From NCBI GenBank assembly GCA_964016885.1, contig CAXHJY010000514.1, forward strand, positions 62,001 through 126,000: DNA of 64,000 bases, given 5' to 3'. The notes beneath the pieces are model-generated. The model was not told where the DNA came from and did no database searches. It saw only the letters and a list, made by a program, of their open reading frames with translations. Shown here piece after piece: positions 13,528 through 26,130 of this stretch (position 1 is the stretch's first letter; each line of letters starts with the position of its first letter). The position numbers and the translations under genes were made by a program. This stretch comes from Eledone cirrhosa. Lineage: Eukaryota.

Positions 13528-13710
13528 GTATATATATTTATTGCAACATGTATATTTGTTTGTTTATGCATGCATATGTATGCATATGTATCTAGATGTG
13601 TGTTTGTTTATGTATGTAAACATATACATGTGTGTGTGCGTTTATGTATATAAACATGCGTGTTTGTTTTTCTATGTAAGCGTGCACGTGTGTTTGTGTG
13701 CGTATGTTTT
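13241..13710. repeat. Compound (GT)/(TA)/(TTA) microsatellite
   Basis: Low-complexity repeats. Confidence 0.9.
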
Positions 13711-13888
13711 ATCATAATGCTTCTAGTATATGCTTTGTTTTGTATAAACACTTATTTCATTCAATTGCTGTTGAGTATATGTCATGCAAATGTGATTGGC
13801 TATTTTAGTTAAGTTCTAGCTAAAGCTTGACATAAAGTGATATGATCCCTTTGCAGTTAGAAAAGTAAGGGTATTTGTTTTCTGTAGA

Positions 13889-16135
13889 TCATCATCGTCT
13901 TATGTCTGCTTTTCCCTGCTTGCAAGGATTGGACGGGTCCTATTCAGCACAGCATCTCTCCACTTGTCACGGTCCTTCGTCATCTCCTCGGTGAGTTTCA
14001 GCGATCTGAGGTCTGCTCTCACTACCTCCGCCCATGTTTTTCGTGGTCTACCTCTACTGCGTCTTCCTTCTACTGGGATTTCTTGGCACTTCTTTACCCA
14101 GTGGTCATCTTCCATGCGCATCACATGTCAATACCATCTCGGCCTTCTCTCCTGCACACCACAACTTATCCCTCTTATACCCAGTTTCTTTCTCAACTCG
14201 TCTATGCTTAGTCGTTCATGGACATTGGCATTGCACATCCAACAGAGCATAATTGGTTCATTTATCTCCAGCCGTCGCATATCTTCTGCAGTTGCTTGCT
14301 GCTCATGTCTCACTACCATGCAGCATCGCACATCTCACACAGGCATCAGATAACCGTCCTTTCGTACCCAGGGAGAAACCCTTCATTGTCAACAGAGGAA
14401 GCAGTTCCCTAAAATTCTTCCAACCCGTCTTATTCTAGATACTATGGCCTCGGAACACCCCCCCCCCTCCCTGATCTGATCATGTAGGTACCGGAAGCTA
14501 TCAACCACTTCTATAGATCCCACCTGCATTTGAAAAATGTGTTTATCACAGCAATTACTACTGCCAACTTCCCCTGTACATCTACTGCATACGTAGTTTT
14601 CCTACCTGTTAGTTTGCCTGCTATCCCACTACATCTCTTGTGTATCCAAGATCTGCATTGCGTACATTTTATGGAATTTATGCCAGTTCCTTTCCTACAT
14701 ATCAAACATGGCCATTTCCCTGATGGAATCAGAGTATTGTCCTCTCTTCTACTTATCAACACTTTTGTTTAAGCTAGGTTCACTCTCAGTCCTCTTGATT
14801 CCAACTGCTGTTTCCATAGCCAGAATTTATTCTCTAGCTCCTCTACTGATTCTGCTATAAGAACCAGATCATCAACATAGAGAAGTTCCTATGGGCAGCC
14901 AGTCTTAAACTCCTCGGTTATGGCTTGGAGGACTATAATGAACAAGAGCGGGCTGAGGACCGAACCCAGATGTACACCTACTTGTATCTGAAATTCCTCA
15001 CTAAACTCCATTACTATACTCACTTTACTGACGGTACCCTGTACATAGCTTGCACTGTCCTCACAAGCCATTCCTCTACACCTAGTTTCCTTAGGGACCA
15101 CCAGATGACAGATCGGGGTACCCTATCAAAGGCCTTCTCTAGGTTAACAAAAGCTAAGTATAGTGGCTTATTCTTCTCTAAGAACCTCTCTTGTACTTGC
15201 CTCACTAAGAAGAGGGCATCTCTTGTACTTTTCCGAGACACAAATCCAAACTGCATCTCATCTAATTTGACCCTTTCTCTAATCAGTTGCGGTAATATTC
15301 TGATCCATCAACTTTATGCCCCTATAATTGCTCCTCTCCAGAGTATAAGAATACTGCTGCACCAGTATTTGGGTATGACACCAGCATATATAGCTTGATT
15401 AATGATGCGAGCAACCAGTTTAATGCCTACGTCCCCTGATGCCTTCAGCATCTCAGCAACATCCCCGGCGGTCCAGCCTTCATTTCCTTAATTGCCTCGT
15501 GTACCCTGTATTCGTTAATGTCAATAGTTGGTCTCTCTGTCGGGTCTACTGGGGGTAATTTCTCTCTGTCACTTTCGTTCTCCACATTCATCAGTCTCTC
15601 ATAATGACATTTCCAGGCCCTCTTTTTTTAATCATTCCTGACACTAAGTACACCGGCATCATTCCGGACACACTCATCTCCAAGAACATGCCTTGCAATG
15701 CGGAAGCCGCACGTCTCTGATCTTCCCGTCGCAGAACATTGGCAAATCTCCTGCTCTCAGCCACCCTGCGTGCTAAGTACACCTGACGTCTATCTTTTCC
15801 GTTAGCGGTTGTGTATCCTTCTTTAATCTCACCGTTTTTCCAATCCTTCCATGCCAGTCTTTTGTCTCTAATGGCCCTATCTATCGTGTTGTTCCACTAC
15901 CACGTCACTCTCTGTCTGATTGAAGCTCTGCTCCAACCACAAGTTTCTTCAGTAGCCTGCAGTAAGTTGCCACGCAAGATATTCCAGTTATCATCTATGT
16001 CATACGATTCTAAATCATCTTCTTTTTCGTCATACCCATCTTGAAGGGCTTTGCTGAATTTATATTTTAATGAAAGGTCTTTTAGTTTCCAGACCTTTCT
16101 TTTGCACACCTTCCTGTGCATATATTTTTGAAAAT
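13889..16135 (-). mobile_element. 5'-truncated RTE-clade LINE with a PHD-like finger, decayed
   Basis: QFGF, LEKAFDRVPR, GSVLSPLLF, FKTGCP, WPCLICRKG...CTQCRSWIHKRC and RGRPRKTW. Short GAT tail. Confidence 0.85.
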
Positions 16136-16246
16136 ACAACTAATTTTCTTTCAAATGTGTTGTCATTGGCTGATTCACGGAAGTTAAACCACATGTGGGG
16201 CAGTTAAAAAAAAACAAAAACATTTCAACTAGCGGCTGCTACATTC

Positions 16247-19200
16247 ATGAGCAATTCTTCTACTTTTAAAGCACAGCCTGTTCCACCTCGTGAGGACTCT
16301 ATATTGAGATCCATTAACGCGCTAACTCATCAAGTGACTAAACTGTGTCGGGAACGAACACATTCCAGATGGCGTCCACGAAGTCGTTCTCCTTCTTTTC
16401 ATCGTCGCGCCAAAGCCCTCGCCAACAACTCGTCTTTATGTTGGTATCACGTGCGTTTTCGTGAAAAGGCGAATCATTGTATTCAACCCTGCTCTTTCAG
16501 GACTTCGGACAACAAAACCTGGAGAATCTGGGCACGACAGATCTCTCCCCCATTGATTCTCCTTATCGTGCCTTTTTCACAAAAGATCGAATTTCAAACA
16601 AATCGTTTATGGTCGACACAGGATCTGGTTGCAGTATTTGGCCCCTTCGTTTCAGCTGTACCAAGCCAAATTTGTCCGGTATTTCCTTGTATGCAGTAAA
16701 CCAGTCTCCTATAAACACTTATGGACAAATATCTCTATCATTGGACCTAGCTTTGCGTCGGGATTTCAAATGGAATTTCGTTGTAACGGACCGACCCACC
16801 CTATTCTCGGTGCGGATTTTTTACACCACTACTCACTGTTAGTAGATGTCAGGAAACAGAAACTTGTGGAGGGCATCACATCTTTATCTACGCCTGCTCG
16901 TGGTTCTACTGTTGCCACCATAAGTCCTGCGTGTTTCATAGCTGCCTCTGGAAACCAGTTTCATTCTCTTCTTGCCTCGTTTCCCGAGTTAACTGACATT
17001 TCATTTAAACCGAACCAAGTAATCCACTCGACTCGACATTTTATTACGACAACTGCTCCACCTGTTTTTTCTCGGCTACGTAGGCTGGATCCAGTTAGGC
17101 TAAAAAATGCCAAGGATGAGTTCGATCACATGCTTCAGCTTGGTCTTATACGACCGTCCACCAGCCCATGGGCATCCCCACTTCATTTGGCTCGTAAGGA
17201 TGAAGCGGATTTTAGACCTGTGGGTGATTATAGACGACTTAAGGCTATCACAACACCTGATCGTTATCCTCTACCAAATTTACAGGATTTTTCATCCGCT
17301 CTGCATGGATGCAAGATATTTTCTAAAATAGATCTGGTACGCGCTTACCATCAAATACCTATGCATCCGGAAGACATACCAAAAACAGCTGTAGCCACCC
17401 CTCTTGGTTCGTTTGAATTCCTATCCATGCCTTTTGGTTTGCGGAATGCTTCTAGTACGTTCCAGCGTTTTATCGAAGAAGTCACGTGGATTGGATTTCG
17501 TGTTTGCTTACGTTGATGATCTCCTGATAGACAGTGATTCGGATGAACACCATCATCAACATCTTTCTCAGTTATTTCAACGTCTCCAATCGTACCAAGT
17601 CAGAATCAACCCAGCTAAATGTGTGTTTGGTACAGATTCACTGGAATTCCTCGGACACCTTATAGATTCAGAAGGCATTCGTCCTTTGCCAGCTAAAGTA
17701 AAGGCGATTCAGCAATTAACACCACCAACATCCTTGAAACAATTACGCCATTTTTTAGGATTAATTAACTTTTAACGTCGCTTTATTCCTAACTGTGCGG
17801 ACAAGTTATTCCCCTTGACACAGTTTTTAAGGGCTGCAAAAAAGAAAGATGAAAACATTTCACTTTCTGCTGATGCATTGCAGTCTTTTAAATCCGTCAA
17901 GTCTGAGCTAGCTAAAGTTTCCTTCATTGCCCATCCTGTTGCAAATGCGAGTCTTTACTTATCTGTTGATGCATCTGATCGTGCTGTTGGCGCAGCTTTG
18001 CATCATGTAATCGATCACCAAGTTCAACCATTGGCATTTTTCTCTCGCCAATTAAAACCAGCAAAACAGAGATACAGAACCTTTGACAGAACTTTTGGCG
18101 ATTTATCTTGCCATGAAGCACTTCCACCACGTTTTGGAGGGGCGGGAGTTCATGATATTCACGGACCACAAACCGTTAACGTTCGCTTTACAATCCAAGT
18201 CCGACAAGTACTCTCCGAGAGCGTATAGGCATATGGATCTCATATCACAGTATACCAGTGACATTCGTCACATAGCTGGAACTTCCAACATACCTGCGGA
18301 CGCACTATCTCGACTTTCTGTGTTCTCTTGCGTCTCCTGCACATATCGATTAAGTTGCCATTGTAACTGACCAACCTACTATGGATTCGCTGGACATTTC
18401 CTCTGACCAGTTCTCCTGCTGCAAATTGGAATATTTACCTCTTCCATCTTTGGAAGGGAAAATTCTCTGCGATGTTTCTTCTGGCTCACGCAGACCACTT
18501 GTTCCAGATCGTCATCAGCGTACCGTTTTTTATGCACTTCATTCCTTGTCACATCCTGGCATAGCTGCCACTGTGAAGGTTATTACGGCTCGATTCTTCT
18601 GGCCTAATATGCGTCGTTTAATCACCGGGTGGGCACGTTCTTGCTTGAAGTGTCAGCACTCTAAGATTCATCGGCATGTCCGCGCTCCTCTTGGAAAATT
18701 CAGCCCGCCAAACGCACGTTTCCGTCATATACACATGGATATATTTGGTCCATGGCCCGTTAGTCGAGGATTCACATACATATTGACTTGTAATGATCGT
18801 TTCTCTCGGTGGCCTGAAGAGATACCCCTCATGGACATAACAGCAGAGTCCGTTGCTCGAGCTTTCATTTCCAATTGGATTGCTCGTTTCGGTGTTCCTA
18901 CTAAAATAACTACGGATCGGGGACGCCAATTTGAGGCTTCCTTATTTCGTGAAATATCACGACTCTTGGGTGCTCATCACATCCATACGACCAGCTATCA
19001 CCTAGCCTCCTATGGAATGAACGAGAGGTTTCATAGACAGTTGAAAACTGCACTTCCCGTTACTCCTGATCCACAACGTTGGACTGAATTTTTGCCTATC
19101 GTGCTTCTTGGTTATCGTGCTGCCATTAAGACAGATTTAGGTTTTTCTTCTGCTGAACTTCTTTATGGTACCACATTGTCTCTTCCTGGACAAATGTTAG

Positions 19201-20231
19201 CACCGGTGGATTCATTGCATCTTGACCCAGCATAATATGTCACCAGGATTCGTTCGTATTTCTCGGATCTTCCACCGATGAACCCTCGTGACCACTCTAT
19301 TTATTCTGCTGTCCCATCGGACATCTCTACGTGGAAACACATTTTCATACAGAATGATTCCGTCAAGGGACTTCTTACGTCACCTTATAATGGACCTTTT
19401 CGTGTGCTTTAGCACACACCCAAACATTTCACAGTGGTTGTCAATGGCCGAAAAGAGACAATATCCATTGACAGAGCAAAAAAGGTTTTCTCCGAAAGTC
19501 TCATCACATTGCCTGATACACCTCGTACATACACACCTACACCAACACTGCAAACACCACATACCACACAACCTTATGTCACACGAGATGGCAGGACGGT
19601 AAAGTTGTCACGAAAACTCTCAAAAACAATATACATTTAAACCCCAGTGACATTAACATAGCTCTTTTTTTTTCAGTTTTCAGATAGAACTAGTGTCAGA
19701 AAAGTCTGTACACTAGTGATGTATGAACTATTTGACTTTGAAAAACATCGATTTTACCATTGAGAATCAATATTCTCTGCTCCTTTGTATGACTATGATT
19801 TATCATTCGTTACATTCAAACATTCTTTGTAAAAATGCATTACTTGTTTTATGCTCATTTTGCTATTTGCTTGCTCATGTTTTATTCATTCATGTTCTTG
19901 TACCTTTTGTTTTGCTCCTCATGTTCTCGCTACAATGATTTCATTTGGTCATTCGACTTCTCGTCTGAGAGGGGAGCCTTGTAGCGCTCTCTAGACGGGA
20001 AAGTAGCTAGAGTTACTTCCCGTCGAAAGTCTAGAACCCTCTTTGCAACTTCCGGAAAGAGGATATAAATAGCAGCAAAGCAGTCAAGCTCTCTCTTTTG
20101 GCGCCTTCCTTAGAACCGATAACACCGAAGATAAACATGTTAACTTTTCTCTAACCACCTATCATGGATCGGGACTATACCTAATTATGTACGAGAATAT
20201 TTGTGTACAACTATTATAACATGGAGCTACA
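16247..20231 (+). mobile_element. Ty3/Gypsy LTR retrotransposon, 5'-truncated and frameshifted
   Basis: Gag end CWYH; protease MVDTG and ILGADFL; RT SPWASPL, DYRRL, KIDLVRAYHQIP, MPFGLRNA and YVDD; RNase H VDAS, FTDHKPL and ADALSR; integrase HSLSHPG, CLKC, TTDRG and ERFHRQLK. Order PR-RT-RH-IN. Confidence 0.93.
19980..20231 (+). repeat. 3' LTR (252 bp) of the Gypsy element
   Basis: Preceded by polypurine tract GAGAGGGGAG. Termini TGTAGC...GCTACA. TATAAA box near 20064. No 5' LTR is seen. Confidence 0.8.
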
Positions 20232-20459
20232 ATAAAAATGAAGGCTTATATCCGATATGGTGTTATGTAAATGTATCTTATCCTTTTCTGTATAAAATTT
20301 AGTAGTTAGATTCCGGTTTACTCGAGTAAATAACCATGGGTCTGGCAGAACACTAAACGATTCTTATTTGCTGTGCTCATAATTTTGACATTTATTATAC
20401 TGGTTGGATGCCCTTCCTAACACCAGGACCACTTTACAGCATGGTATGGGTGCTTTTAT

Positions 20460-20725
20460 TAAAAATGGTTGCTTGACGTATGTTTGCAATATCATCCGTT
20501 TGATTCCTTCACCAGGCTGGACATTGTATTCTTGAGCAAAACACTTTCTATCACATTGCCCTAGTACACTCAGCAGGGATGAGTGTCAGCAGTAGCTGAG
20601 GAGTTAAACCTGTAATAGATTGGCAGCCTGCCAGGAAGAGTCTTGTACTCTGGGTTGCTTAACATCAAAGAAACTGAGGATAAACACTAGCCTGATGAGC
20701 CTTCAGGTTAGAACAGACTTTAACT
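20460..20725 (+). mobile_element. Degenerate tRNA-derived SINE (V-SINE/Meta-SINE-like)
   Basis: TTCTTGAGCAAAACACTT central domain and GAAACTGAGGATAA...GCCTGATGAGCC 3' part resemble the metazoan V/Meta-SINE consensus (from recall). Confidence 0.5.
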
Positions 20726-20862
20726 AATGCACACAAAGGCAATGCTTCTACTTTTTCAAAAACTGTAGTTATATTTATAATCGTTGGTGATAAGAAAGGC
20801 ATCTAATCGTAGAAAACTTGCCAAACAAAGGGTAGAGTCCACTCTTGTAATATTTCAAGGAC

Positions 20863-21048
20863 ATAATTGTTTCTACATTTGGCACAAGGCCAGCAATTAT
20901 CCCAATGTATTACTGGTGCTTTATTTTATCGACACCGTAAGGATGAAAGGCAAAATTAACCTCGGCGGGATTTGAACTCAGACCATAAAGGGACGTAACT
21001 CTTTCCTGCAAAGCATGGCGTCCGACCCTCTACCAATACTGCCAATCG
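20863..21048 (-). mobile_element. tRNA-derived SINE
   Basis: Reverse-complement homologue of 22257-22442, with A- and B-box-like motifs. Confidence 0.8.
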
Positions 21049-22198
21049 ACAAGGACATAATAACCTCCTAAGTATTGGTAGCATGATAAAATGCATGCTA
21101 CCGTCTGTTAAATGTGGTAACGTATGTAAATCTGGATCAGGTCCCAGCCATCTGAAGGATGAGTGACTCTGATTATGCACTGTCGGGGAGTGTGATGATA
21201 CATCCAATGAAAACATATGTTCCTTTATTTTGGAAAAGTCATGTAACCAATAAAAAAACAATCATACACTGTTTGAGTTTCACATCACTTTTCATCATTA
21301 GTCAGGTAATTAATCTATATATTGAGTAGTTTAGCACCAGTTGGCTGTCAAACCAAACAAAGAATAGATCATTTGGTTTTCTCAACTATTATCTATTGGG
21401 ATTTACAAATTTTAAATTTCCCCAATGCTTCTTAAGTCAACAGCTGTGTTTATTCTTCTAGTTACAGGCTTAAAATCTTTTAAAAAGATGGAATCACTAG
21501 CCAGTTGCTCTTTAGAGTAGCAGTTAATGCACATGCCCAGCATCCAAGAGATTCAATATTCGATGACTCACCGCCACCTCTGCCAACTTTTTTCTTTCTC
21601 CAGGGGTACTTTACCAGATGAACTATTATTCATAGTGATTGGCTACGGCCCTTGTGGCCAATAAATGAAATCATTATTATTGTCATTAACTTTCAGATGC
21701 ACAATCTTAAAATTTCATGTAAATCTCTCTCTATATATATGCAACTTTACATATTTATCTTTATATATAAATATATGAACCTTTACCCATGTAAGCATGG
21801 AAAAACGGATATAAAAACGATAATGATGATGATGATGATGCTATATATTTGTGTGTGTGTGCGTGTGTGTGTGTGCACATGCATACATATATACATACAC
21901 ACATGAAGAGAAAGCGATATAAACATATATGTAGATATATTTGTCTATTTCCGTTTTGAGGAAAATGAAAACTAATTTTTTCATAAATAGTGATATATAT
22001 TTCATCATTCATATCAGACATGATAAAAATATATTTATCTTTAATGTAATTTATTATTTTGAAGACAATAGATTTAATGGATAATGTGATTGATTTTAAT
22101 GGCTGTTATTATTATTGCTTTTATGGGTCTAATATTAAAAAATACAGAAAAAGATTATATAAATTGTTTTCCATACATAAACAATCTGTAGATGTTGA

Positions 22199-22256
<58 letters not shown>

Positions 22257-22442
22257 GGGCGGTGGATTGGCAGTATTGGTAGAGGGTCGGACGCCATGCT
22301 TGACGCATAGAGTTTTGGGCCTTGCAATTCTGAGTTCAAATTCCGCTGAGGTTAACTTTGCCTTTCATCCTTATGGGGTCGATAAAATAAAGTACCAGTA
22401 ATGCACTGGGTAATTTCTGGCCTTGTGCCAAAAGTAGAAACA
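22257..22442 (+). mobile_element. tRNA-derived SINE embedded in (TTA)n
   Basis: A-box-like TGGCAGTATTGG, B-box GAGTTCAAATTCC, core TTTGCCTTTCATCCT...GTCGATAAAATAAAGTACCAG and ATT tail. Several copies occur in the window. Confidence 0.82.
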
Positions 22443-23489
22443 ATTATTATTATTATTATTATTTTGTATAAATTAGGTGGTTAGTGAAAGTTGATTTAAT
22501 GCTTTAGTGTATTTCCAGATTTTAAGGTTGCTGCGGCATTTATGATATTAGTTAGTGTAAACAAGGCTTTTTAAAAATTGCAAGTTAGTGATTTTGCTTT
22601 TGTTTAGCCCCATGTCATCTGTCTGTGCCCCATATTTTAAGTATAGGTACACTATATCCTTACATAATGTAACAGTCAGCTAAAAGTGTTAGCACCAGGA
22701 ATAGCATTCAACTGTACAACACTGCCTTAAAAGTTTCTGTCCAAACCCATGCCAGCATGGACAAAACTTGTGAAAACAATGAGGATAATATCCATGATTC
22801 AGGAGATACATGATCAAAGCCGTCATTATCAGGGTGTTTTTCAGCCACTGTATCAAATACTACATTATTCAATATACCCTTCCCTTTTAAGATGTTAGTG
22901 AGTGATTTAAATGAAATTTAATAGCTACTTCTAGTAGGTTGTGCAATTACATATTGTCTAACATTAAAAGAAATAGGTATGTTATTTGATGTGAGGCTCA
23001 GGAAAAGCTTAGATGAAAATAGGACAACAAGCAATTGGTTTAGTTTATAATTATCTGAAATTTCAAGAATCATTGCACTAGTTTTAATCCATTCATTTCT
23101 GTATTTCTATTAATATTCACTGCCAATACGTTTCAATTTAATTTGAAAATAATAATTTTAAAAATGAGGGAATTTAAAATTACTTTTTCATTAGTAAGCT
23201 AATATTTGGAACATTACTTGACAAAAAGAATCTTTTAAACTTTTAAATAAAATTATAAAAGGTTTTAAAATGGCAGTATTGTATCATAAAACTAAAGTAG
23301 TTTTGGGTGGGTTGTTATAAAATTGCTCCAGAGCAATATTTGTTTTACTAATTGTATATAGAACAGTGAAACCATAGCAACATATATGGACAGAGTATAT
23401 GCACTGTTGATAGTGGTAGTTTTTCAGTTGCTGACCAGACATATGATCAAACGTTCTTCAGTTATGACCATCCTTTTTTATGCCTGTGC

Positions 23490-23670
23490 TGGTGTCACAA
23501 CAAAAAATCACCCAGTCCACCCTGTAAGGTAGTCATGCTAGTGACATGACAAAAATGCATCCAGTCCATCCTGTTAAGAAGTTGTTTCAGTGCCATGATA
23601 AAAAGCACCCAGTCCACACTGTAAAGCATTTGGTGTTAGAAAGGGCATCCAACCATAAAAACCAAGCCAA
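23490..23670 (+). repeat. About three imperfect ~49-bp tandem units plus an RTE-3'UTR-like motif
   Basis: Repeated AAAAA..CACCCAGTCCAC.CTGTAA, followed by GGTGTTAGAAAGGGCATCCA (compare 56544-56562). Confidence 0.6.
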
Positions 23671-24143
23671 AATACAAGCCAAATGAATTTTTGTTAACAG
23701 AACTAGAAAGAACCTTTTAAGAAGCAACTGTAGTCAGCGACATAACTAGGGTATAGCAAGCATGGCACATGGAAAGGGTACCAATTGAAGTGGGGATTGT
23801 CACTTGGACAAGAAGCAGATGTATGATCTGTCTTTGATTATCATGGGTGAGAAGCACTTTGGTGGCTGGATCATTAAACCATTTATATAAATTATATTTG
23901 GGGAGGGGTACAATTTCATTGCTTGCCATACGTACTATTTTTCCTAGTTATGCCTCTGACCATAGTATGAAATGTGCTGGTGAACTAGTTTTGAATTTAA
24001 ATTATTAGGTTACTAGCATTTTTGCTATATGTTTAACATTGAAAATCTTTTTCTCTATGGGGAAATCTAATACCAGTGAGACATTATGTTCTTTCTTGAT
24101 AAATTTGTGAGTATGCTACATTGTAGTAGCGCTTTATTTACTA

Positions 24144-24965
24144 CTAGCAGTAAAGCCCGGCGTTGCTCGGGGTCGCTCAGTAGCTGTGTTAAAGTTACAA
24201 TGTTAAGTTTCTTTTTTGGCTTAAAAACTGTAGTGTCTACTGTGCAGACTTGCATGTGGTGTTTTTGATTAATATTCCCTCAACCAACAATATGCCTTAT
24301 GAAGTTAAGAAAACATAACGATAACCCGAATGTTATAACAAAAGAGGATGCTGGGGATAAAAACTGCACTGGTTATTTATTAACAAAGATCGAAAATGTA
24401 AACACTGCAACGCAGAGAAAAACATTAGCGTAACCAAATTATCAGTTATGTCTGTCTGCACGCCTATATCACCTCTCTGCACGACTGTCTGTCTGCACGC
24501 CTGAAATATTTGCTTGTTTTACGTAGTCTTTAAATAGACTTGTTTTCAAGTAAAAATATTGTTTTAAAATGCTTTTAAATGGAAATGAAGCAAAACGGAA
24601 GCTTAGTGTTCGAACTGCTGAATTTTGCAGGTCAATATTTTGCTGGCTCGACAACTGTTCGTTCGTGTATTGTGTTAATGTCATTTTAAACGCTGAGAAA
24701 GCCAGCGTAATTTTTTACGTAAGACGCTCAATGTAAACAGAACAAAGGGAAATAACTGATAACTTACGCTCAAAAATCGATACATTATATTCGATTTCGT
24801 CACATAGGGTGGGTCAATTTGAAATAATTTTTTTTTCGATGTCTTCGCTAGGGCTCAATGTACAAGGATAGCAATTTCGGTGCAATTCAGTGAGATTCTA
24901 AGAGGAGATGTGTGCCAAAAATCGATAGACAGACAGACAGACAAACACAGTTTTATATATATAGA
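24144..24965 (-). mobile_element. Non-autonomous Helitron (~820 bp)
   Basis: The minus strand begins A|TC-TATATATA, carries (CTGT)n near the 5' end, and ends with hairpin CCCGAGCAACGCCGGG then CTAG|T. Inserted between A and T. Confidence 0.8.
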
Positions 24966-25444
24966 TTAAAATACATGCCAGTATCATGCATGTAATACAA
25001 TTTTAAATTCCAAAGACAGTTATCAGGTTTTCACAAATCTAAATTAAGAATCTTACTGAGATCAATATGTAACCTGGATGTCTTTCTGAAATTTTATGCT
25101 AGATATTCTATTTAGTATTTATCATGCTTCTTGAAAAGTAAATTATTTTAGATAAGATTTGACATAATAGGTTTTTCTTATATGCGAAATACCCTAGCAA
25201 AATCCTGGTACATTCTTTTCCACCACAGTCATGAATTACTCCTACTACTGCTTAAGTAGAAGATTAATCTGAATAAGATTTATTTCAGCATGTTGATTAA
25301 TTGATGTAGCCAGATTTCCCAATGTTTAGGGCAAGAGTTTGCTGACTATTTCTGCTTTTGTAGCATCAAGCCAAAGACTGATTTGTAAAATACAAAGTTA
25401 ACACAGAAGACAGGAAAATATTAAAAAGAAATGAATTGAACATT

Positions 25445-26130
25445 TGTCATCAGTTCATGTCTGTTTTACACACTTGCCTGGGTTGGTCACTTCATTCTCA
25501 GTACAGCATCTCTCCACTTGTCCTACTCCATTATCCTCTCCTACATGAGTTTTAGCAATCTGAGATTAGTTCTCACCACATCCATCCAGATCTTCCTGGT
25601 CTTCTTCTAAACTGGCTTCCTTCCACTCGCATACCTTGGCACTTCTCTGCCCATTGATCATCATCCATGTGTATCACATGTCCACACCAATGCAGTCTCC
25701 TTTCTAGCACACTACTTCTCTTATACCTCAGTTCATCCATGCTTTCTCATTCTCACATATTAACAGTGCACAATCATTGAACATTCTTCACTGGACATCC
25801 TATGTTAGTGTTTATAAACAACATAGCAGAGAGGAGTTGAGAAATGCAGAGTATAAGAGGTATTTGATGATGTGTGCAAGAGAAATTGCACTAGGTGAGA
25901 TATATGACATATGGATGATGATTGTTAGTGCAGAAGTGTCAGGAATTCCAGATGAAAGGAAGATGCGGTAGTGATAATTTAAAGAAGAAAACATAGGCAG
26001 AATTAATTAAAAACGATGGCAAAATGCTGAATCTCACAAAGGAGATGCCACAGGAAAGAAATATGTGGATGAGTCAGTGCTGTATTGGACTAATCTCGTA
26101 CAAGCATAGAAAAATGGTTGTAAAAATTAT
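25445..26130. mobile_element. Two old RTE 3' fragments in opposite orientations
   Basis: 25445-25790 resembles the minus-strand RTE C-terminus at 13940-14260. 25810-26130 resembles the same region on the plus strand. Confidence 0.5.

Noticed and set aside
20670-20720. GAAAC...CTGATGAG resembling a hammerhead
   Set aside because: The stems do not close; the segment fits a SINE 3' region better
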